This document shows positions 1 through 9,835 of a DNA stretch of 20,000 bases, piece by piece. The stretch lies in NCBI RefSeq assembly GCF_000743755.1, contig NW_014569525.1:50136-70135 (forward strand), written 5' to 3'. The notes under the pieces are model-generated. The model was not told the DNA's origin, searched no databases, and worked only from the letters and a program-made list of their open reading frames with translations. Origin of the DNA: Blastocystis sp. subtype 4. Its lineage: Eukaryota. Made by a program: the position numbers and the translations under genes. How positions within the stretch are numbered: position 1 is the first letter of the stretch; every line of letters starts with the position of its first letter.

Positions 1-437
1 AATGAAACGGAAGAATCATAGATAGAAGGGTCAGGCTTCAGATAATGCTGTATGTGCTTTGATTCATATGGATATGGCATATGGAGGTCAATTTACAGAA
101 GAAGTATTGATATGTGTGTTAGAACACTTGCCTTTGAAGAGTGATACATATGATCAGGATTATGTACTTTCATGGTTTTGTGATATTTGTAACAAAAAGG
201 AGATGTTGTATATCTCCTATTTGCCTCAGATTGTAAAGTGCTTTGCTATTTGGTTAGATGAGTCGATGGATTTGAGTGATGAGTGTGTTGTAGGGATGAA
301 TGGGGTTTATAAAGAATAGCAAATGCTGGTGACACAACTGGTTCACTTCCAAGTGAGTCAGCCTGAAGCTTGGAATGCGGCAATGTCGATGATCAGTGAG
401 GAAGAAAGGAAAGTTATTCTTCATTATACCATGAATT
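1..437 (+). CDS. Importin-beta family (importin-4/5-like) HEAT-repeat protein, 3' end (5'-partial)
   Basis: Exons 26-289 and 320-437 are joined by a 30-nt GT-AG intron (290-319), giving KGQASDNAVCALIHM...LEHLPLKSD...WNAAMSMISEEERKVILHYTMN. DNAxxAL and LPLKxD resemble importin-4/5 C-termini. The stop is predicted as T437+poly(A), with TGTTTGTT at 442. Confidence 0.6.
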
Positions 438-441
438 ACTA

Positions 442-449
442 TGTTTGTT
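442..449 (+). terminator. TGTTTGTT polyadenylation motif
   Basis: Exact motif. The base 5 nt upstream (T437) is the first position of an in-frame codon. Confidence 0.8.
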
Positions 450-509
450 GGATTTCAGAAAATAACGTTTGTATCAAGAATAGACACTTTTCTCTGCCAA
501 ATACCGAAA

Positions 510-714
510 ATGAACTGGAAGAAGGGTCTATTTGTTACAACTGTAACAGGCGTATTTCTAGCTTGTGGATTTTATCTTCAAAACAAGATGATTACAAAAC
601 AAAGAGTACGATATAACGAATAGAGGTTGATTTGGCAGGTGGAGAGAGAAAGATACATTGAGTCAGAAGTTAAAAGGCGAACGGAATTAGATCAAGAAAA
701 ATCCAAAGTCGAAT
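510..714 (+). CDS. 57-aa single-pass membrane microprotein, unknown function
   Basis: ATG at 510 and a 33-nt GT-AG intron (606-638) that removes an in-frame TAG. Spliced: MNWKKGLFVTTVTGVFLACGFYLQNKMITKQRVERERYIESEVKRRTELDQEKSKVE. The stop is predicted as T714+poly(A). Confidence 0.7.
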
Positions 715-718
715 CATG

Positions 719-726
719 TGTTTGTT
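719..726 (+). terminator. TGTTTGTT polyadenylation motif
   Basis: Exact motif. T714, 5 nt upstream, is an in-frame first codon position. Confidence 0.8.
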
Positions 727-870
727 ATCATTTGCTAAATACAATACCACCCTTTCTTCGTTCAGTTCATGCGTAGATTCCGAGATGGAGAAATAGGGAA
801 TTATTAGGGAATTAAAGAATAAGGCTGTATTTTGTCACCAGGTCTTCTTTGCAAGTTGTTGACTCATCGA

Positions 871-1825
871 ATGAGCCAGTCAGTGACAGAAATCAAAATC
901 AATGGAGAGGTTGCAAACAAAGCACTAGAGTCTCTTCGACGACATGCTGAAAAGCCCAGAAAGAACCGAAGCCAGGGAGATATTCTCGGAGGTGATATTA
1001 TTCATTTGGTTATCGGAGTCAAGCGGGTAAAGAAGGAATGGGGAAGTGATGTGATTCACTGTGATTTGGTACATTCTCTGGATGAACGAGATTCTACAAT
1101 CGAGAACGTATTTATTACAAAGGGCGATTCGGCACCTTGGGCAAGTAAGTTGCAGTCAACAGGTAAAATTTCTACAGTAGTGGTATTATATTCGATTTAT
1201 TGATAGTATATGTCGTTTGAACAAATGAAGAAACAGATCGAATCAAAGGACGGAAAGACGGAATTTCTAAAGGCCTTTCGGTATATTTTGTGTGATAACC
1301 GGCTACGACGAGGAATGGCTCATCTCTTCGGTGATCCATTATTGAAGAAGAGAAAGATCATTCCAGTGCGTATTTTTCAAAATGATTTGGAATCCATAAT
1401 CAATAACATCAATATTCAGTTGAAAGCTACTCATGTTGTGTTTTCTGGAACTTGCTTGTAGGAGAAGGAGTCAACAGTAAAGTGTAGAGATATCAAAATT
1501 GGTCGAACTAAGATGACAAACAAGGAGATTGTCGAGAATTACAATGCAACAATGGTGGCACTTCTTCAGTGGTTAAAACCGGAGGATGTATTATCAATGG
1601 CACTGAAAGTGAGTCTTTGGGCGGAAGATGAGAGCTAGACAGAGGATAGCGTGAGTTTCCCAATCTATCAGGTGGATACTGTGATTCACAAAACTCCATA
1701 TGTGCGAGAACTGACGTTAGAAGAAAAGAGAAAGCTGAAGTACAAGGAGAAGCGTCTAAAGAGAGTGAATGCAGGTCGTGTGAAAAAAGAAGTGATACCG
1801 AAAATCAAACCAAAGAAGCCATTGT
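871..1825 (+). CDS. RSL1D1: Ribosomal protein L1 domain-containing protein (RSL1D1/Utp30/Cic1-like)
   Basis: Three 30-nt introns (1177-1206, 1458-1487, 1609-1638) give a continuous frame with LCDNRL, GTCLDIKIGRTKMTNKEIVEN and LKTEDSVSFPIY, typical of the L1 domain, plus a basic tail. The stop is predicted as T1825+poly(A). Confidence 0.8.
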
Positions 1826-1829
1826 ATCC

Positions 1830-1837
1830 TGTTTGTT
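1830..1837 (+). terminator. TGTTTGTT polyadenylation motif
   Basis: Exact motif. T1825, 5 nt upstream, is an in-frame first codon position. Confidence 0.8.
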
Positions 1838-1881
1838 CATATTCTTTTTTTGTTACGATTGTTATTTCATTGATTGATTAA

Positions 1882-3013
1882 ATGGAGGACCGACATCACG
1901 AGTGTGAGTTGTATACAGTAAGTTAAGGTTTCGATAGTGATGGAATAGAAGGACGATGAAATCCCTTTGGCTGTACATTGTAGCTGCTGTAATAAGCGGT
2001 GCTTCATTGAAAATAACAAATGCGGCCATTGTGGTGTTCGTTACAACAAGGATGGGAAACTCTATCTGTCTGTTTACGGCTACCCTTGTAGTGTTTGTAA
2101 TGATCCTGTGGAGAAGAAACCATTGTATCATTTCCTTCCAAACACACATATTCTTTCGATTGGTACTCTTGGATGTAACTTTAATTGTACGTTCTGCCAG
2201 AATTGGGATATTTCGCAGGCAGTGAAGCCCATCAAGTCTTCGGTGAAAGAAGCAATAAAGGAAGGATCGGGAGATATCGAAGATATTGCCAACCAGATCC
2301 AAGCAATGTCGAAGTATTATTCTCCCCAGTTTCTTGTTCAGTTGGCAATTCAGCATGGCTGTAAGAGTATTGCGTTTACGTATAATGAACCAACAATCTG
2401 GGGTGAATATGCCCACGATATTGCAAAACTGGCGCATGAGAAGGGATTGAAAACTGTATATGTAACGAATGGAGATATGACTGAAGAGCATCTGAACTAC
2501 ATCCGTCCTTATGTCGATGCTATGAATATTGACCTCAAGTCCTGGAATCCTAAGTTCTACCGTCAGTTCTGTAAGGGAAATGTTGATAATGTAAAAGGAA
2601 CAATCCAGCGAGCTGTTGACATGGGATTCTGGGTTGAAGTCACAACACTCATCATTCCAGGAGAAAATGATAGTGATGAAGAGTTGAAATCTATTGCAGA
2701 GTTTCTTGCTCATGTGAAGCTAACAATTCCTTGGCACATCTCTGCTTTCCATCCCGACTATCAGATGACGGACAAGGAACGAACTCCTAGTGCTACGTTA
2801 AAACGTGCGTATAAGATCGGAAAGGAAGCAGGATTGAAGAATATTTATGTCGGAAATGTCCATTCTTCTGGAGATGAGGACACATATTGTCCTACTTGTG
2901 GTGAGAAACTAGTCCAAAGAGACTGGTACGATGTGAAAGTGATTGGAAAGAAAGTATTTGATGGAGTATGTTACAAATGTGGAACAAAACTGGAAGGAGT
3001 GTGGGAGGAGTAA
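1882..3013 (+). CDS. amrS: AmmeMemoRadiSam system radical SAM enzyme (PFL-activating-enzyme-like)
   Basis: ATG at 1882 and one 31-nt intron (1918-1948). It has an N-terminal Cys cluster (CSCCNKRC...CGHCGVR), DPVEKKPLYHFLP, the radical SAM motif GCNFNCTFCQNWDISQ, AFTYNEP, VTNG, NIDLK, EVTTLIIPGEND, PWHISAFHPDY, YVGNV and a C-terminal CPTCG...CYKCG. TAA at 3011-3013. Confidence 0.9.
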
Positions 3014-3033
3014 AGAAGTTGGAGCTATGAAGG

Positions 3034-3051
3034 TGTTTGTTGAAACAAATA
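3034..3051. terminator. Back-to-back polyadenylation motifs of convergent amrS and SUA5
   Basis: TGTTTGTT on + (3034-3041) and TATTTGTT on - (3051-3044), separated by 2 nt. Confidence 0.65.
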
Positions 3052-3056
3052 ATGGA

Positions 3057-4438
3057 CTAAAAAACAGGATGGGAAGGTACTTGGAGTAAACGTCCTGAAG
3101 TGGATCGAACAATTCGATCCATCACAGATGGAGCCAATTCATCATTTACACCGGATAGATCTGGAAGAAGAATCATCTGGACTTCAGGAATACTCTCAGC
3201 CTTTCGAAGGATACTGTAGATGTTTCGCATGGCTTCTGCAACATTACCACTATGTCACAGAGGATTCACAACAATACGTTTCGGATATCGACATGTACTG
3301 GAAACAGTATGGTTTGTAGGCTTCGAGAATACCATGGAAGTCAAGTAATGCAGCATGATGAATGTGTTCTCGAAGGATGGATGGCAATGGTACATCATCA
3401 TGCAACTGAACCTATTGGTAAAGTCAAGAGGAAGAATGGAACAAGAAAGGCATCACATCGAGGAGCATAATGAGTGATCAGTTGTCCTGGAGCTACTTGG
3501 GCTTCTTCCATCTTCATCGCTACATGCTTAACAGGCTCTGATACACTCATATCAATGCCTTCTTTCTGGAGACATTGTAGAATTGCATGATCTGTTACAC
3601 CTCCTCTTCGGAACAGGATGATCTGTAAACATCACAGGCATATCGAATGCATACTTTGTGATTCTCACAATCGATTCCAATCACAGTGCTTTCTATTCCT
3701 ACTTGGCAAACTCTACAATAAAAGCACAGATCCATTTCTACACCTCGCCTCCATCAATAATCTGAACTGGCCAATCATGGAGATCTGAATACACATGTTC
3801 AGCACGAGTGGGAGAGATATGTCCAAATTTATTAGCGGAAGGAGCTGCTATGGGAAGACCCGACTAGATTACAAGAAAGAAATGCTACATACAACACGAA
3901 GAAGTTCACGAGCCAGTTCTTGATTCGGACAACGGAATCCTACCTTGCCTGTTCCTGCAGATACTACAATCAAGAGAAACTATAGTATGTACATTCTTTT
4001 GGAAGAATATCCTTGGCCTTCATTACAATTGTTAGTGGGCCAGGCCAAAAGGCTTTCGATAAGTGATGGAAGACTGTACGTTCCTAGAATTCAGATAATT
4101 CAATGAAACATACTTCTTCTCCTATATCTACATATTTGTCAGCTTCTTCGGAAGACAATACATGGACAATCACAGGATCTAGTTGTTCACAAGTCTGTTC
4201 ATTTCTACCATTAAATGGTCGATCCTTTGCCTTGAAAATATCACAGACTGCATCTTGATTCAATGCGTTCGCTCCAAGTCCATACACTGTTTCTATGGAT
4301 GAATTAAATAGACAATAAAGTTCCTGTGGGAAAAGCAACAAGACCTCCATCGCGAAGGACCTTGGCACAGAACTTGAAATTCTCGGAAGTAGGTTTTAAG
4401 ATCTGAGCTTTCATCGATTTGACAATTCCACTAAGCAT
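3057..4438 (-). CDS. SUA5: Threonylcarbamoyl-AMP synthase (Sua5/YrdC with C-terminal SUA5 domain)
   Basis: About 9 short introns. The spliced protein has GGLVAFPTETVYGLGANA, KAKDRPFNDPVIVH, FWPGPLT, GFRCP, PIAAPSANKFG, VGIESTV, APGQLITHYAP and VMDRIVRS. TAG at 3059-3057. The start is uncertain (ATG at 4438, 4414 or 4500). Confidence 0.93.
4293..4323 (-). other. Non-canonical GA-AG intron (31 nt) in SUA5
   Basis: CCC ACA G|gaactttattgtctatttaattcatccatag|AA ACA GTG restores the invariant FPTETVYGL motif. No GT or GC donor gives this junction. Confidence 0.75.
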
Positions 4439-4509
4439 TGACTGCCTAGATAGAGAGATCTAAAAGACTACGTCACCGAAATAGGCTTCTTTTTTACCAT
4501 TCTGTTGAT

Positions 4510-6782
4510 ATGTCAGAAATCGAACAGAAAAGGGGGATGTACGATTAATAAACCTCCAATAATCTTGTAGAATGACCAGAAAAGATAAGGAAGAAGAATA
4601 CAGCGACTATTCTGGATCTTACTCTGGATACTCCTATAGTGACTATTCCTATTCCGAATAGTATTAGTAATGTGAGAGAATACTGTTGTAGTTCTTATTC
4701 GGATTCAGACTCGGATTCAGATAGAAAGAAGAAAGAAGATAAGTAGGACTATTTAAAGAGTGAAACATATAGGAGGAGAGAGGAACGGAGGTCAAGTCAT
4801 CGAGAGTATTCGTTTGAATTGGTAGTAACGACTAGTCGTAATCTAAAGCGGTCCCGTTCAAGATCTCGTCAACGGTATAATACTGTTGCGGAATATGAAA
4901 CATAGAAACCGAGCATCAGAGCCGAAAAAGGTCCAGACGCCTCCTCCTGAGCCTGTTCTGTTAACTCCTGAACCCAACACATCCAGAGCCGGAGGTGTTT
5001 ATATTCCTCCGTTCAAACTTGCTCGTATTCAACGTGATCCCAATGACAAATCGTCACCTGAGTATCAGCGTCAAACCTGGGAAGCACTGCGTAAATCACT
5101 CAACGGAATCATCAACAAAGTGAATGTTGTGAACATTGGAAATATCATTCCGGAACTATTCCAGGAAAATCTGGTTCGAGGTCGTGGTCTGTTCTGTCGA
5201 GCCATTATGAAGGCGCAACTAACGTCTCCTGGTTTCACCCATGTGTATGCTGCTCTTGTGGCAATTGTGAATACAAAACTGCCCGAGATAGGTGAATTAT
5301 TGTTAAAACGTGTTGTATTCCAGTTCCGAAGAGCATTTAAGCGAAATGACAAGGTTGGTGTGGAAATGGAGACTGATGGATAGTTGGTGGCAGTTTCATT
5401 AGCTCGTTTCATTGCTCATTTAGTGAATCAGCAAGTGGCTAGTGAATTATTGGTTCTTCAACTCATCTTTCTCCTTCTAGAACATCCTACAAGTGATAGT
5501 GTGGAGATTGCAGTCACGGTGACCAAGGAATGTGGACAGTATCTTAGCGATGAGTGTAGTGAGGGCCTTAATCGTATTTACTCTCCCATCAACTCACTCA
5601 TAGAAGTCTTTGATGCATTCCGTCATATGCTGCAAGAAGGTGAGATTGAGAAACGTACTCAGTATGTAATTGAACAGCTGTTTGCAGTCCGTCGAACACA
5701 CTTCCAAGAATACCCTCGTTTAGCTCCTGAATTGGATTTGGTGGAGGATGGAGATCAGATTACACATCGTGTGGGACTGGATGATAAAATCGATAAGGAG
5801 GAGTATTTGGATGTGTTCCATGTGGAAGAGAAATTTGAAGAGAATGAGGAAACATGGAAGAAGATAAAGAGTGCCATTCTAGGTGAGAGTGAAAGTGAGG
5901 AAGAGGGAAGTGAAGAGGAAGAGGAAGAAGAAGAAGAGGAAGAAGAGGAGGAAGAAGAAGACCTTGAGAAGAGTAAGATTAACAGAGATTCTTGAGTGAT
6001 AGATGTGCTAATAGAAGATCAAACAGACCAGGATAAAACGAATTTGAATCGTACAGTAAGAAGGTTATTCCTGTTGTTAATCACAGATCTATCTTGTCAT
6101 CACATCATCCCTTGGATTTGAAGAATGTACTCATAAACTCCTTAAATTGAATTTACGAGAAGGACAAGAAGTGGATGTCTGTAACATGATCATCGAAACA
6201 TGCAATCGAGATACATGGATGAATCAGTTTTTCCCAAATGTGGCTCAACGATTATGCATGATTGATCAGAAATGGAGAGATGCTTTCTCACGATGCTTTG
6301 TTGAACAAGTTAGAATGATTCTTCTTCCTGATGGATAGTTTGAGAAAATTCATCAGTTAACTACACTTCGAATCAAAATCAATGCAATGTTCTTTGCTTA
6401 TCTCTTCTCCGTGGATTGTCTCCCTTGGGAAGTTCTCTCTATCATTCATTTGACAGAAAATGACACAACTTCTTCATCTCGTATCTTCATAAAGGAATTG
6501 TATGAATAGAGATTCATTGATAATTATAGACTTCAGAAACTATCCAATCAAATGGGTTTACAGAAGTTGAATGAACGATTCCTGGATCCAGAATTGAGAT
6601 CTCAGCTAATTGGCATGTTCCCGACAACAAATAGCAATGATATCCGTTTTGCCATCAATTTCTATACGAGTATTGGTTTAGGAGGATTAACGTAAGGGAT
6701 GAGTTGAAGAGTGATATGTAGACATGAATTGAGAGAGACACTAGCTCAACTAAAAGCGATGAAGAAGAATGCCCTGAATTGA
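4510..6782 (+). CDS. CWC22: Pre-mRNA-splicing factor CWC22 (MIF4G + MA3 domains)
   Basis: [47 protein letters not shown], an acidic linker, an MA3 region and [16 protein letters not shown]. About 12 introns of ~30 nt. Ser/Tyr- and Arg/Ser-rich N-terminal mini-exons. TGA at 6780-6782. Confidence 0.95.
5912..5959 (+). repeat. (GAR)n poly-glutamate tract in the CWC22 linker
   Basis: Run of GAA/GAG codons encoding about 16 consecutive Glu. Confidence 0.9.
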
Positions 6783-6798
6783 TTGTTGTCTGTTTGAG

Positions 6799-6806
6799 AA
6801 CAAACA
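6799..6806 (-). terminator. TGTTTGTT polyadenylation motif of LeuRS
   Basis: AACAAACA on +, 13 nt beyond the LeuRS TAG (6822-6820). Confidence 0.75.
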
Positions 6807-6819
6807 CATCCTAAAGATA

Positions 6820-9504
6820 CTATTTGGAATAATTCACTATAACCCGCTGTCCTTTCCGAATTAGTTTCATGTCTTGGGGACGGAATGATAATACCTTACG
6901 AACAGTCTCTTCTTTTTCTAACTCGGCCATTAACAAAGCAGGATCGGTAATGGAGGCCATATGATCGTTCAATAAGAATGTTGTTTTGGTCTTGCCATTC
7001 ACTTGAATAATCGCTGTGATGTTTTGTTTACGCTTCTCTTCTGGCCAGCGTTGCTTGGTAAAAGTCTCGGTTGGGTCGATCTTATGACCAGCAATCAGTC
7101 GATTCCAGCACTCTTCTGCCTTGATAGGAGCAAAAGGAGCGATGAAGCACAACACTGCTTTCACATACTCCAGATATTGAGACGAATATGGAGCTTCCAA
7201 CAATGTATTCACCATGATATTGATCGATGATAAGACAGTGTGGAATGAGAAGTTCTCCATATCACGCTGGATCTTACCGTAATAAGTATTGAGTTTCTTC
7301 ACATTTAGTTTCACATGCTTGTTGACTTGGACCGAATCTAAACAGATAGCACACATACTGTCAAGCTTCTGGAGAAGATGCATCGCTGGGTTCATGATGT
7401 GAGATGTGTACACAAAGGCATTCTCTGGAGGACATTGCATTAACATTCCAATCCGAACAGCATCACTTCCAAAAGTTTTAACTACTTCTACAGGGTCCAC
7501 ACCATTGTGTTTACTCTTGCTCATCTTTTCATATCTCAAGTCTACGTCCTCTCCATCAGCAGTCTTCCATTGTGAACCTTCCTTATGCACTGCAGATGCA
7601 GGAAGGAAAGCTCCGTTGCTCCGTCGAACATACGTCTCACCTAACACCATTCCCTGTGTGAGAAGATGGTTGAATGGTTCTGGAGAAGGAACCAGCTTCT
7701 CGTGATTCAATACCTGTGCAATGAAGCGAGCAAATAGAAGGTGCATAATGGAGTGTTCTGCCCCACCCACATAACTATCCACTAATATACAATATAGAAA
7801 TCTCTACTAATCAACTTGAGGGAATGCTTTGAGTCTTGAAGGAGAGGCGAAGCATTGTGAGTTGTGCGGATCAAGATAACGATAGAAATACCATGAGGAG
7901 TCCATGAAGGTATCCAGTGTATCACAATCCCGTTCTGCAGCTTGACCACAATGAGGACAAACAGTCTGTTTCCATGTTGTATAGCCTAAGAATCATTCTC
8001 CACAAATCAAGTTTACGCCCCAGAGGAGACACTGCATCATCACCAGCCATCTTATTCGTTTCTTTTGCAGTCATTGGAGGTAGACGAACAGGCAAATCTT
8101 CATAAGGAACAGGAACAACGCCACAATGAGGACAGTGAATAGCAGGAACAGGAGCTCCCCAGTATCTCTGTCTGGATACAAGCCAGTCACGTAATCGATA
8201 ACGTGTTACAGCCTGTCCCCAACCCTCATTGCTTGCTTCCTTCAGAATAGTGGTTACAGCCTCCTCGATAGTCATTCCATTATACCGTCCACTTAGTGTC
8301 AAACATTGAGTCTGTGGATCAATCACACAAGGAGAAGAGAGGCCATATTTGGAAGCAAAGGCTCCGTCCAGTTTATTATGAGCAGGAACACCCATCACAG
8401 CTCCTGCTCCGTAATCAGCCAGGACATAGTTGCTGACAAATACATTTAACGGTGAGTGGGTGATAGGATGGGTTGCATGAAGTGGAAGACGATACCCTTC
8501 CACATTTCCAGTTCCAACGAGATAGGGATTCTTCTGAACATGATTCAACTATACTCAAAGTATGTGAGAGAGTTTACAAATGATTGAAGCGAAACATCCT
8601 TTTCTGCACATTCCAATGTCAAAGGATGCGACGGAGATAATCCTAAGAATGAAACACCCATGAGCGTTTCAGGATGAGTTGTGAAGATTGTCAAAGGGGA
8701 AGAACGTTCCTGTAGATCAAAGTTGAATTCAGCACCTCGTGATTTTCCAATCCAACGACGTTGTGCCGTTTTCACTTGTTGGGGCCAATGATCCAACTGA
8801 TCCAATCCTTGGAGTAATTCTTCACTCATCTTGGTGGTTAGGATATACCATTGACGTAATTTGCGTTTTTCAACCTCTGCTCCACTTCTCCATGACCGAC
8901 CTTTATCATCGACTTGCTCATTTGCTAACACCGTCTTGTCAACGGGATCCCAATTCACTAAACCATCTTTCTGAGCAACATACCCATTTTCCCAAAGTTT
9001 TAGAAAGAGCCATTGTGTCCATTTGTAGTACTCAGGACTCGAAGTACTAGTTTATGAAATAAATAAAAGAACTCACTTGATTTCATCGTCCCAATTAAAA
9101 CAACAATTCAGACCATCAATCTGGTTTCGCATCTCGGTAATATTCTTCTCTGTCCATTCGGCTGGTGGAATGCCTCTCTCCATTGCTGCATTCTCTGCAG
9201 GCAAGCCAAAGGCATCCCATCCCATTGGATGTACAACCTATGCTGAAAACATGACAATTCGATTACATTATAACCTTGCATTGATTTGAAACGTGCGATA
9301 CAATCGGACATCGAGAAACTACACTATCACCTTGCCAACTCATTAAACATACACTCGGACATGACCCATATGTACTCTACCAGATGGATAAGGAAACATT
9401 GGTAGAATATACATATTCTTCTTAGATGCAGCGCATTCTGTTGAAAATTGAGCAGCAACTGCTCTTTTGAGAAGTGAACGACTTGATGAGAGGATGCGAA
9501 GCAT
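6820..9504 (-). CDS. LARS2: Leucyl-tRNA synthetase, organellar (bacterial-type) with N-terminal targeting peptide
   Basis: A presequence-like start [21 protein letters not shown], then [13 protein letters not shown] (HIGH motif), [59 protein letters not shown] and KMSKSK. Several 29-34 nt introns. Confidence 0.95.
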
Positions 9505-9813
9505 CACAACGAATGCGGATGAGTTTTTCCTGTGAATCAGAGTTGTTTGAGGAGTTAAATGTGGTCATTGGATTCAATAGGAAGTATTTTTACATTTTGA
9601 AAGTACAGGTTGTAACATAGAGTTGATTGGTAATGGTTGAAGAGAATACTATTTTACTACCAGCAGTAATTGATTCTAATTACTGCTTATCGATTTGGTT
9701 GTATTAATTAATTGCTTTGAATAATCTAATATGTGTACAATTCTCTTCATTTATTTGATTCTCCTAGTTTCAACTCTCATAATTCATTTCAATTAATCCA
9801 TTGATTGATAATA

Positions 9814-9821
9814 TACAAACA
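9814..9821 (-). terminator. TGTTTGTA polyadenylation motif variant
   Basis: TACAAACA on +, 14 nt beyond the predicted TAA (9838-9836) of the PHD gene. Confidence 0.55.
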
Positions 9822-9835
9822 ATTAATTAATCTAA

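Noticed and set aside
793..814. Short direct repeat TAGGGAATTA x2 (telomere-like or regulatory)
   Set aside because: Only two short AT-rich copies, which is not distinguishable from chance.
1862..2713. 283-aa antisense ORF opposite amrS, plus similar shadow ORFs at 5071-5412 and 7406-7705
   Set aside because: No recognisable motifs. They are explained as antisense shadows of well-supported genes.
1882..4438. amrS + SUA5 as bacterial contamination or a co-transferred operon
   Set aside because: The genes are convergent, both carry spliceosomal introns and host 3' motifs, and SUA5 is intron-rich like native genes.
317..5383. Apparent in-frame TAG/TGA read-through (317-319, 1201-1206, 5381-5383) suggesting an alternative genetic code
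   Set aside because: Each stop lies inside a 30-nt GT-AG intron whose removal restores the frame, so no recoding is needed.
7775..7815. Apparent non-canonical intron in LeuRS near PQVD
   Set aside because: A canonical 33-nt GTAGAG...GGATAG intron gives PQVDYYVGGAEH.
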